A stretch of 63,406 nucleotides of DNA, counting the filler, from Hausera hauseri (Eukaryota), in the NCBI GenBank assembly GCA_046269625.1. It is 11 parts of 11 records of this genome, joined end to end, with 100 filler letters (N's around TTAATTAATTAA, not from the genome) between each part and the next. Parts side by side here need not be neighbours in the genome. Positions count along the whole stretch, not along the records: positions 33,529 to 39,892 come from JBJURY010107209.1; positions 39,993 to 48,116 come from JBJURY010760984.1; positions 48,217 to 53,620 come from JBJURY010261843.1; 8 more parts are not named here. One strand, 5' to 3'. The notes below the pieces were generated by a model that saw only the letters and a list, made by a program, of their open reading frames with translations, was not told the origin of the DNA and did no database searches. Numbering within the stretch: position 1 is the stretch's first letter; each line of letters opens with the position of its first letter. A program made the translations under genes and the position numbers. Below are positions 36,991-48,495 of this stretch, in pieces.

Positions 36991-37834
36991 AAAGCGAAGG
37001 AGGTGTCACATTCCCTATTCGGTGGTGTGGCGATGGAATGAACCATGGTGTGGGACCCACTGACAAAGGAAGGACAGTTGGGTAGTCGGTCACGCTGTGA
37101 TTCGCTTGTAACTCGAGAGTATTGTTGCACGCATATGGACAGAAATCTGAACTATGGGGTTAAATGTGCTGTAAAGGGCAACCTCAACGGAGGGCTAAGT
37201 TGGAAAGGGGTGATGTTATGTCAACGGTAGACATGTTGGGAATATAAACATACGAGAAAAACGGAAAAAGGGATGGTTGATGAGAAATAAATTAAAAAAA
37301 TGATTGCCTGATAAATATTACGTGATGATAAATCCCACCTCATCATGCGCTAGTTTTTCCTCGGATGGCAGTAACATTTTGCATTGTGGGCACTACAGAT
37401 CGACTTTCTCACGTCGTGTCATCCTACGGACGATCTGCATACTCAACGACTTTTGGACTTTTGACAAAAGGTCACTAATAATTTTTAGCAAAACAAAGGA
37501 TCCTCCAGGTTGCATATTTAAGTTGCCTTCTTTAATAAGTGCAAACAAAGATGGTGCAACGCTCAGCAATTTTTCACCAGTTTGTGTACCAAACAACATG
37601 GTAGAAATTCAAGAAGATTAACCTTAACTTGATGCTCTTCTTTCACCGACAGTTTTTTTTTTATTAACTGAAGACACAATATTCGATGGTAAAGACTTCC
37701 GCAATATTTCTCGTCATGTTTTAATAATTTTTTTTATTGGGAATGAACTACGCCACCCTTGGGTAATGATAATAAACATAATATTCGATACTGTTGTCGA
37801 TTTATTTCTGTTGAGGACTTTGATGACTCGTTTT

Positions 37835-39732
37835 GACAGAGCTTCTTATTATCGTCTAAGATGGTGTTCATGTTTTCAGTCCAAACTATATCAACAGGGC
37901 CATCAAGAAAAAACTTTTTCTATCAGGTGTTGTTGAAGTTGCAAAAGCTCTGTAAAAAACTGCCAGAATGCCATCAGACTACTCGCGGAAAACAGGATCA
38001 AACTGACCACATAACTGGCCCATAGTAATGGATTTTGGGTTGAGTATGGTATATTGTACTTTATTTTCTTCCATTAAACCATGTTCTCAGATGTCTCTAA
38101 GAGCTAATGCTAGTATTTTGTACGCAGACGTCTTGCCTCCGAAAGAGTCACCAACAATCATAAAGCCGTGTCGAACAATCATCATTTCATAGATTTGTTG
38201 GATTTTTTTCATGAAAAAGTTTGTTGATTGAAGATTCTGCTTAACACAGTTTTCTTTGATGTATTTATTCAAAATATCATACTCAGGAACTGGGCGTAGA
38301 ACTGCTAGAAACAAATCGAATGCAATACTATTAAACAGAGGTAGGTCATGATTTAAAATTTTCGGTAGGTTGACACCAATAATTGATCGGAGCATCAAAA
38401 TGTCTTTGTCTTCATCAGGATATTTGAGTTTAAGATTCCCTGCTGCTGTTAGAACAGATTTGACTGCTCTCGTGCCATAATCATAATGCGGCTGACTAGA
38501 CATTTGTTCCGAACACAATCGATACGTGGCTACAGTCTTTACTGCTAAGGGTCTGGCATGTACAAATCCACAAGAATAGAGTGATATTTCAGCAATCAAA
38601 GCATAGTCCGGAACATCATAGGTACAGAACGAAATAACGCTTTTAAATTATCCGGCAATTCTGATCTTCCCGCATAAGTGTGATTCATTGTGATAAACAT
38701 GGCACATGACCTATCCGGCTTAAGTTGTGTTCACTCGAATTCTAACGTTTCCTGTTGAGCTCCAAAAGCTCTTTGGATAGTCAATATTTGCTGTGCTACC
38801 GCAGATAACACTTCCAGATCAATTCGTTGAATTCATCAAAGCAAGACCAAGCTCCACAAGAAGCCAAACCTTTAAAAAATTTTCCCAAAGCAATGTAATC
38901 AAGACCGTCTGACAATTAAATACAACGCACTGTTTAGCAACAGCTTTAGCAAGGTTCTTTGTTGTTTCGGTTTTACCTGTTCCAGTAGGTCCTTCAGGAG
39001 CACCTCCGAGATGTAAATGAAGTGCACCGAACAATGTTTGACAGCATCGATCTGGTAATGGAGTTATGACCAAACGTTCTGTATTACCCAAATACTCTTA
39101 GCCATATTTCAATTGTGAGTTACTCATTTTTGTCACTATATTTTCCTTAATCCAATTGGCTTAACCAATTAAAGTCTATTTTACTTGATACCCCATCATC
39201 TATAAGTCTTGCCAGTACATCACGAGCATGGACATCAAGCACGATTAATGCCTGTAACGTGGTTCGATTTTGTTTGGATAACTGACCACGAATCAAAGCA
39301 ACAATATCATCAATTTGACTGTTATTTAATTTTAAATATTTATCCATCGCCGCAACTCCACCTTGAATAGCTTCATGAATGTACATCGTCCAATAATACA
39401 TGGAAATTGCCAACACACCTTGGCCAACCATTTTTTACCCACTCTTTTCTTACAGTCGTTTTGTAGTCTACCAAAGCTTCTGCAATATTTAGTGGTATAG
39501 ATGCAGTCATGTCCGCTTCTAATTCAAGTAACCATTTCTCGACTTCATCTCGAGCATTTGATGTTGAAATGACGTCCTTCAATTTGCCATTTTCATTTTC
39601 ACTACTGACCATATGCGTTATATCAAGAGTCTCGGTAGATGTTAATTTCGCTGTGCCTTCAAAGCATTTCTTCAAGTTGGGCTGAACTCTAGTAGGATTT
39701 TTAGTTTCCGATAATTTTTCCAATAATTCGTC
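37835..39732 (-). pseudogene. Axonemal inner-arm dynein heavy chain fragment (DNAH7/3/12-like; linker to AAA2), intronless and disrupted
   Basis: DELLE.LSETK.P..VQP.LKKCFEG; LIVLDVHARDV; [32 protein letters not shown]; QPHYDYG.RAVKSVL; [15 protein letters not shown]; DDNKKL. Confidence 0.93.
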
Positions 39733-39892
39733 TGTAGGGGAAAAATGGCGGTTCAGTCCCACCTCCCAGGGGTGTGAGAATTGATATTGCACATGTGCCA
39801 ATCGATAGTGCACACGGAGCACTATCGATCGGTAGAGTGCTAGTCGACGGTGCCGCTAGGCACCGTTGCTATGCACACTTTTGCATATTTCA
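39733..39892. repeat. Same element end as 1-662, abutting the dynein fragment
   Basis: Begins TGTAGGGG; shares the CGACGGTGCC-GCTA-GGCACCGTTG hairpin (39845-39868). Confidence 0.75.
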
Positions 39893-39992
39893 NNNNNNNN
39901 NNNNNNNNNNNNNNNNNNNNNNNNNNNNNNNNNNNNTTAATTAATTAANNNNNNNNNNNNNNNNNNNNNNNNNNNNNNNNNNNNNNNNNNNN
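39893..39992. other. Artificial contig spacer
   Basis: N44-TTAATTAATTAA-N44. Confidence 0.99.
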
Positions 39993-42900
39993 ATGTTTAA
40001 TATCAAAATTAAATGTCGACAAGTATGATATTTGCCGTTCTTGGCGTGTGGAGGGGTGTTTCATGGCCATGATGTTGAGTAAAGGCTTGTGGTCAGTTTG
40101 TAGAGTGAAATGACGAGCGACGAGTAAGTGTGAAAAATGTTTGAGAGCGAGAACGATTGTCAATAGTTCTCGGTCAAACGTGGAGTATAGAGTTTCAGGT
40201 GCGGTTAGTTTGCGAGAAAAAAATTCCAATGATTGGTTTTCTCCTTTGTAGATCTGGTGGAGTAAAGCGCCTACATCAGTGATTGACGCGTCAGTGGTGA
40301 GGATAAGCTCTGTATCAGGCTTGGGAAAAGCAAGAATATCTACAGTTTTTATGCCTTCGCGTAGCTTGTCGAATTTGTCAACCAATTCAGGTGTCCACTG
40401 GATTGGTTGATGTTTTTTCCGCCCGTTAGGTGTGCCAATGGAGCTGTTAATTCCCAGCAATATGACACATTTATGTACAAAGTGTGCCAAGGAAGCTATG
40501 CATTTCGGTGGTCGTACATGGCAATTGGATGTTTTTAAGGGGTTCGACTCGATCTGACTGGGGGGAATGACCGTCTGGTGTGATGATATGACCTAAGAAG
40601 TTAATTTGTTTTTTGAAAAAGTGGCATTTGTCAGGACTGATTTGTAGATTATGATGGTGGAGACGTTGAAATATTGCGCGGTGTTCTTCGTGTTTCTTGG
40701 TCGAAGATGAAACGACTAGAATGTTGTCGATATAAGGGTATGCAAACGGGAAATCTGCAAGAACTGAATCAATGTGCCGCTGAAAAGTTTTTGCGGCATT
40801 CCGCAAACCGAATGGCATGTATGGATATTCATAGAGGCCGAACGGAGTAGTTACTGCGGTTTTTTCAATGTCTTCAGGTGCTACCGGTATTTGATGGTAG
40901 GCTTTAGCTAGATCAATGGTTGAATAGATGGTGGTTGAATTAAGGCGATGCAAAATATCCTTAATTAGTGGTAAAGGATATGCGTCCATGATGGTCAAGT
41001 TGTTAAGCTGTCGGTAATCAGCGCATGGTCTAAAGGTACCGTTTTTTTTGTACGACGTGTAACGGTGATGACCAAGGAGATTTGGAACGGCGTACGATGC
41101 CGAAACGTCCGAGCTCGAGAAAATCGGCTTTTACGGCCTGTCTACGGCGAGGTGACAGAGGCCGTACTTTTTGGCGTATTGGACGTTGGTGCTGTGTGAT
41201 TATATGGTGTAAGGTGCTATTTGCGGGAGTAAAGGAACGGTCTTTCTTAAGTACTCGTTGGCATGACTTGTTGATGAATTGCTGTAACGTTGTAGGTAGC
41301 TGTCAGAGATTCGGTGAAAGTGGTGGAACGGTTTGGGTGGTAGTGGATGCAATGTTTGAGTTGTTAGGTGATGTGCAGTCAAGTGGAATTTGGTGCAAGA
41401 TGGTTGAGTTAAAAATGGTGTTGGCTGAGGTATTTTCGTTGAATGAGGTAGCGTTGGTGGCAGTACCACACTTATCGACATCAAATCTCGATCGTATATT
41501 GGTGTTATTGTTTAAGAATTTCCGAATTGAATTATTATTACAAAAATTCGAATTATTGTTATAAAGAATCGAATTATTCGGAGACTTTTTTAAGATTGAC
41601 TTCCGCCTCACGGTCGACTGCGCGGTAGTCGAAACGCTATTTATATGTCCAGAAATGTCGCCAGTGGTGTTTTTCCTCAAATATTTTTGGCTGCAGTCAA
41701 CCAGTAGATTGTAGTGCGAGAGAAAGTCAGATCCAAGGATGGCCGACTGGACGTTAGCGACTGTGAACGTCCAGCAAAAAGATGTAGAGAAATTTGGTAG
41801 CGTGAAAGACAGTGTATCCGTGCCCGAGCTGTGCAACGGCTGGCCTGAAGCAGTATATAAAGACTTGATTTTGAAAAGAGAGTTTTGTGTAGGAAAGGTT
41901 TGCGGTAATAGAGAAATGGCTGCCCCTGTATCAATAAGGAAGTCAAGAGATTAAGTTGTAGGGGCAGTAATTGCGGCTTTTAGCGTGAAGACTGCGAAAG
42001 AGATATGTCGGCGTTTAGAATGTGAAGGAGTGCCTTCGTCAGAGATTGCTGTGACTTCTGGCGGCGAAGTTAGTTTCTTGGAAAAGAAGAAGTGGGGCGA
42101 TTGTTTGAAGTGAAGGCAGTACGTCTATCGTTCGTACTGGATTTGAATGTGCAGCCGGGAATACATTTACGTGCTTGATTTTTGAATCTTGCATGGTAAA
42201 TGCAGATAACGGTGTGGGAGGAAAATTTACTGTTGTAAAATTCGCAACCCAGGCAGAATTTTTGAGCATTTGTGTTGAATCTGCTGTGGTAGTAGCAGAT
42301 CGACAAACGCGCAGGCGATGGTGAGCGGTTTTGTGACGTAGAACGGGCACGGGAAGCGGCAAAACCCCTCGTCGGGACAAAGAAAATTCATTTAATTTAT
42401 TACTTATGTTGTTGATAGTTGCCTGCAATGCAATATTTTCAGCACATAGCTGATTTAGCTGCCGTTCTATGGGCGTGTTAGTTGTTTGTATGTCGTTAGC
42501 AGCAACTGCTGCTGAAACTGCGAGTTGCGAATTTATGTGGAGGACATCATATGCCCTATCGGCCAATTCGGGCAATCTTTCAAGCTGTGTGGAGTCTCCC
42601 ACTACGGTAAGAAGAGCTCGGATTTGGATAGAAAGGGCATTCAGAAAATAATGGCGTAAAAGATCCGGGTTATGTTCCTTAGTTACTCCAAGAGTACGCA
42701 AGTGTGCTAGTAAAGTGCGTAAGAAGTTACTGGGTTTTTGCGTGCCCAGTGCATTTTCGTTAAAGAAACGCTGCATTATGAAGTCAGTGGAAAGTTCGGT
42801 CTGTTTTAAGACAGCGTCGAATAGTTGGGTATAGGGATCAGGGTGCTGAAAGATCTCGAGCAAGTTGTGCATTGAGGCTTTTATTGAATTGGGAAGAAGA

Positions 42901-43418
42901 TAGAGCAAGATATGGGCTTTAGATAAGGATTTGGTGATACCATTAGATTGTAGCCAGAGTTGGTGGAAATGAAGTTACGTTTTACTGGGCTTTTCATTAT
43001 CGATGAAGTAGTCAGTGCAATGTGTAAAAGTATGAACTGGGTTTTTGTTGGAAGAGTTTGCGTCGGTTAAAATAGGTGGGTTATTTGGTCTTGTGTAGTA
43101 GAGAATGGATATTGGCTTTTTTGTGGCCGTTGTATCCGTGGTGTCAGTTGTTGGTGGGAAATTCATTCCACCACGGATACGGAGATGTATCTTGAAGGAA
43201 GCTCGATTTGGAAAAGATAAAGTTTCGTTCATGTGTATGATGGTACCGTGATGGCTAAGATAGAAATCAGTGGAACCAAGGATAGAAGAAAGGTGGGTTT
43301 GAAAGGTGGAAATATGCGGGTGTGTAGTATGGAGGGTATATATGTAAATGTTGTTACGAAAAAAGAGAATGGAGGTGGGGAAAGTGGTGGGCCTGAGGGC
43401 GTGATTTAGAGCCGACAT
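39993..43418 (-). mobile_element. Ty3/Gypsy retrotransposon of the same family (Ubl-Gag, two CHCC knuckles, PR, RT, RNase H), decayed
   Basis: HLRIRGG|M; QKPSNFLRTL; CYYHSRF..AQKFCLGC and CIYHARF..ARKCIPGC; FLIDTGAAIS; IDLAKAYHQI; YIDNIL; TTDAS; DRELL. Confidence 0.95.
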
Positions 43419-44609
43419 GGAAGGCGCCCCGACCAACCGGCGCAAGGTTGGCAGCCGGGATCTCCGCCTCGGCGGGGCGAGCAGCAAAATACGGGGTATC
43501 CGAATTTCCCCTTGAAATGCGCAAGATATTCCGTAAGTACATTTGCGTGTTGAGTTGGTATTGCAAGTTTTGTAGCGGTAATAGTCGGTTGTGGAACGAT
43601 TGGAGTTAGCGCAGAGGGGTTAATAGGTGTAATGTCAGGTAAATCGGAGACTTAAATCTTCTAACAGCTGTCAATTTGTATATACGTGAAGGAATTACAG
43701 GCGTTATTTGGATAAATAATTTATACTGTTCGATGATATTTTGTGTTTGGTAAATATGTTCTAACAGATGTTAACTGCTTGAAAAATATTTCCTCATCTT
43801 TATGAAGTCGATCTGTGGTCGTGTAGCCTATCTTGTCAACAAATTGGTCATGATTAGTGTGAACCCAGCAAGGTAAATCAAACTTATCGTTGGAATGTTT
43901 TGAATTTTTTAATAAATTACTTGATAAGCTGGTTGAGACATCTAATTGTACATTATGTTTTTGCTAAAACCTTTAATTCACTTTTTTAGTAAAGATTGCA
44001 TGAGAATATTTCCGGCCATAAACTTGTGGGGAACCTGTCTGACACGTATTGATACATATTCAGACATTTTAAATCGCGTATCCTTTCGTTTTCTAAGCAA
44101 TGTAATAATCGTCTTACCGATTAGATTGTCGCCAGACTCTTTGTTCGTCAGCGAACATGATAGGTCATCGCAGTCTCCTCAGCCAATAGTTCACATGAGA
44201 ACTGCGATCACCAAACGAAATATTCACATCTGGGCTGTAATCTGTGGTGATCGCCTGCAGCGTCTGAACGGACAAACTCGCCGATTTCCGGAGCCGTCTC
44301 AAATGGTCAATCGTTGGTAAATCGGCATCGACGTTTCTGTCGATGAGGTCGTCAATTTATGTAACGGTCGATTTAAATAGCGTTTACATTCCATGAGTAA
44401 AATGAAATTGGTTCTGTTGGAATTCAGTTTCAATCCGTACTGGTTCAACGTTACGGTCAGCGTGTAAATATTTGTCAGGAGATGGCACCGGATTTTGACG
44501 TACCATCCGGAAAACCAAAGCATTCTATCGCACAGAAAATGCGTAATTGTGGTATAAAAGAACTTCTGTTGTCATAATCGTATGGATCTAATCCATACTA
44601 CCGCATTCC

Positions 44610-45200
44610 GCCGGCGACACGAGCGAATGTTCGCCTTTGCTCGCATCAATGACACTTCCAACCATCGTCAAACCCCGGCCGACTTTCAATTGAGAGCAAA
44701 AATCGAGTAAAAGTGGATGCCAAATTGCAGTATTAGATTCGTTGAGATGAACCAATTTTTGAGGTCTCCAATTCTTTGTATGTATGGGTCTGTCACGCAA
44801 ATTTAATATTGCTTTTTTAGCAGCAGACATTCTGAAACTCTGAGTAGCATCTCCCCATTCTTTGGTAGCAGTACGATATTCAATATATTGGTAAATGCCT
44901 CCAGCCATGACCATGGAAACAAGAGCATAAAACCAACTAGACACGAACATGAAAGCAATACATAACATTAGACCCAGTAGAGATGTAGTCCAGTGATAGT
45001 ACTTAAATCTAGATCGCCAACGGGGTTCCTGTTTAAATCCATTCAATGCTGTAGCAAGATTTACAAAGCCGGAAAACATAAGGTGGTGCGATGTAATCAA
45101 TACTGGCAATGAGCACTCCAAGGAAAGCAATAACAAACGTTAAATCTTGAACTCTTAATGGTTCTCCTCGTTTTGTTGTCACTTTAAAAACATCTTCAAG
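44610..45200 (-). pseudogene. K-Cl cotransporter (SLC12A4-7/KCC) internal fragment
   Basis: GEP...GVLIASIDYIAP; FVNLA; WRSRFKYYHW; YQYIEYR...KEWGDA; HTKNWRPQ; QLKVGRGLTMVGSVI. Confidence 0.9.
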
Positions 45201-45214
45201 TTGTTGTACTGTAG

Positions 45215-46215
45215 AAGGAATACTAGCAAGTATGTGAGAGACAACTCGTAGATCACTCTTCCTCAAGCATTTGCTGGTGAATGTTTAATATTAAGGAGCT
45301 ACTGAGATTCACCGGAGCACATGCACAAACAATTCCACAGGTTTTGGCCAACAAAGTTCTTGTATTTGGATTAAGTCTCGGTTTTTCATATAACATTTTC
45401 CAAATCTGTGCAATTAATTCTGATTGAATTCTAATTGGTCCTAAGTAACCGGATAAAAGTTGGACTTGTTTTAAAAAGAGTATAATCTGATCATCGGTGG
45501 AATCGTTATATAAATTCATTAAAAATTTCAACAATCGTTCCCGTTCTTTTGAATCGGCATGAAGACATGTACATTGAACGAGTAAAAGAACGATACCTGG
45601 ATTCTGTTTTTCATCAAAACACTCAAATAGTCTGGGAATCATATCTGTCATTAACGAATTGATCAAGATTTTCAACCAATGATTTAAATAGTTCACGGTT
45701 CGTCTTTTCAAGTTCGGGTATCAAATTTAACATTTTCTTAAACTCGTTAGTGACGTTCCTTTGAATAAGAAATTCATCAAACAAGTTTTGGGTCTGATAA
45801 TTCTCCATGTTTTTTTTACATTTTCGATATCATCACGATTTTGTAAATCATTTTCACGGTTTTTATAGTTTTCGGAACTTATTCCGGCATCCACAGCATC
45901 ACTAATAAAAGAAGTGCTTTCGGATTTTAAATCTGTATCACTGGAAGTTGAACAGTTGATTGTACTTGAAACTGGCCTTTTACTAGTTGTTTCTTGGAAT
46001 AAATCTCGCTGAGCACATATAAGTTTGCTCTTTGTATCGGTAATATCTTTCTTTAACTGTATAATTTGTTGATTCTGCTCTTTTATACAAATATTACCTT
46101 TATCCTTTTGTGTGCGTATTAACAATAAATCTCTGTCCAACCGTTCGGTAGTTTCCTTTAACTCAACAATTGTCTGTTTATATTGTTCTAATAATTCGTT
46201 GTTATCCGATAGATC
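45215..46215 (-). pseudogene. RELCH/KIAA1468-like (coiled-coil plus HEAT) internal fragment, frameshifted
   Basis: ERERLLKFLMNL...DDQ...LGPIRIQSELIAQIW...RTLLAKTCG...SSLIL...QQML...KSDLRV resembles RELCH ERDQLLHILFNL...GPTRVEAELLPQCW...SSLVLSMLQQML. Confidence 0.75.
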
Positions 46216-46222
46216 AATCTAT

Positions 46223-46265
46223 CGCCCCGACTGGGGCGTGGGTTCGAATCCCACTTCTGACACCA
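46223..46265 (+). other. 3' portion of mature tRNA-Leu including CCA, acting as an extended PBS on the - strand
   Basis: CGCCCCGACTGGGGCGTGGGTTCGAATCCCACTTCTGACACCA: variable arm, T arm, acceptor strand and CCA; no 5' half; LTR-like TGTAGT at 46270. Confidence 0.85.
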
Positions 46266-46269
46266 AATT

Positions 46270-48116
46270 TGTAGTAATTCAGGACGGAGATATAAAACCG
46301 GCTGTTATTTGTGATAATAAGTCCAAAAGATATAACAAAATCACAAGTAAAATTCTAAGAAATCACAAATTCAGTATTTCTGTAAAATCAATTTATTATT
46401 TTAATTACAATTTTATACATTTCTTTACCATATTAAAACAAAATCAAGTGTTCAAACAGACACAACGCACCAACAAATAAAAGTCCACTGTAAACGAAAC
46501 ATGATCACGTTAAATTTACTGTTAGCAGTACTTTACCTAATAACTGTGACAAAGCCGATTTCTAGAAAACAATCAGTAATTGTCACAATACAGTACAGCT
46601 GTTTATGATCGACTAGCAATAGTTGAACGGATAATACGTCAAAGCGCACATCGAAATATTCTTAAGAAGCTTGTTTAGCAACTGAAATAGGTCAATCAGA
46701 GAACAAAGGGCTGCTGTCTAGTACATAGTGCTGTTATAATATTCGGCTGAGTAAACACTTCGTGAAAATGCTGATCAGTAGATAGACTTTGATAATTCCT
46801 TTTTCGATCGATTAGAACCGTTTGTCACAGAATTTTGAGTACGAATTTCTCTGTTTTGTAATTCTTGAAATTTATGAGACTTTTAAGGCTTTTGGTCTGA
46901 TGGCGGATTTATCTGTTTTGGATAACGCCATATTGTTAGATTTCGATAGAACTTTAGAATTTGATCTTTTGGAACTTGTTTCACTATTTTGCTTAAAAGA
47001 TCTGAACTTATTATCAATCTTTGGTTTTTTCTGTTGGTTTGAGTAATCACCAAGTAGGTTCCTTTTTCCACTCGTCGAACTCTAACCTAATTTCGGAATC
47101 TTCATCTCGCTGAACTGTTTCGATCGTACTTCAGCATCTTTAAGAATCTCAGCGATACTTTTAATTTGGCTTTTAGAATTCGTCGGAATTTTCGATTTAT
47201 GCTCAGTTTTAACGATTTCTTATTTGGACGGAAAAGAAGAAATCAGTGGTTTTCCTTGTTTTTGATTTGTTTCTTTTTCTGAGGCAAGAAATCGGGGCCC
47301 ACCTATGTGCCCGATGCGCCGGCAGCGGAAAACCCGGCCGTGCCCAACCGAATGGGCCGGAGGGTGACGATCGACGCAGGCACCACAAGCCTTATCTAAC
47401 ATTCAAAATGCATCCTTTAATTCATCGTCCGGGCCTTTTATGAAATTCATAACCTAACTAACTCATCCCTATATTTATCAAATTCTATAATGCACGCTCT
47501 TATTATATATTTGGTTTCTTCATCATTTGTGAACATGATTAGATTTCTTAAACTATTAATCTGCGATCTTTCATTCTCCATTTTAATGCGACGCTCTAAG
47601 TCCGCAAATCGCCTGGGTTCGGCAAAGGCAATTTTTATTATTTCTATTAATGGAGGAATGTCTACTGGGTCTATGCCCAGTATTTTTAAGTTAATACCGT
47701 TTTGGTTATTGACCGGTTTTTCTCTAAGTCGGTTGATCATCGCACAAAGTATTCCATCTGTCTTGCATTCTAAGTTACGGGCCACTCGTTTTGACTTGGG
47801 ATTCGCTTCTAAAGTGGATAGTAATGTCTGTGCCTCGGTGACTCTTTCGCCGACACTATCTTTATCTTTACTCCATCACTCCGAAAATTCGACTCCACTT
47901 TTAATCCATGACTCTAATTCATAATTCCATTTCGTCAACGTATCCTGTGACACCTCTTCTAGTTGTCTTAATTCAATTGCTTTACCCATCTTCCCTTCGC
48001 TACACAATTTTAAACTCTTATAATTTCTCGGCAAATAGTTGTTCTTTTTCAGATATGTCTGTTTGTTTACTAATTTGTTTAAGTTTCTCCAAATTATGTT
48101 GGAGTACCTTCGGATC
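46270..48116 (-). mobile_element. LTR-like segment and decayed gag-like ORF of a second LTR element
   Basis: …ACTACA end directly before the PBS; AATAAA on - (~46395); upstream frames with a degenerate CCHC knuckle (FRCRRIGHIG) and a basic tail. The other LTR end was not located. Confidence 0.5.
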
Positions 48117-48216
48117 NNNNNNNNNNNNNNNNNNNNNNNNNNNNNNNNNNNNNNNNNNNNTTAATTAATTAANNNNNNNNNNNNNNNNNNNNNNNNNNNN
48201 NNNNNNNNNNNNNNNN
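48117..48216. other. Artificial contig spacer
   Basis: N44-TTAATTAATTAA-N44. Confidence 0.99.
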
Positions 48217-48495
48217 ATGGGAACCGGTATATATCGAAGTAAAATTGTGACAATTATGTCCTATCGCTTATATGAAATAATGGTAATGAATGGTGTAAAT
48301 CCGAATCAAGAAGAGGTATAGAGAAACAGAAATTGCCACAATAGTGTTAAAGGCTAATGTAGAAAGATGGGTAAAATGTAGAGTTGGATTGATTAAGAGT
48401 TTTATTCAAACGACAATACATGAATCGGTGCCAGTTACACAACAACAAACAGAATATCTTCCGTCCCAATACCCAGANNNNNNNNNNAATTATTA

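Noticed and set aside
46223-46265. Functional tRNA-Leu gene
   Set aside because: The 5' half (D arm, anticodon) is absent and CCA is encoded; treated as a PBS/retrocopy.
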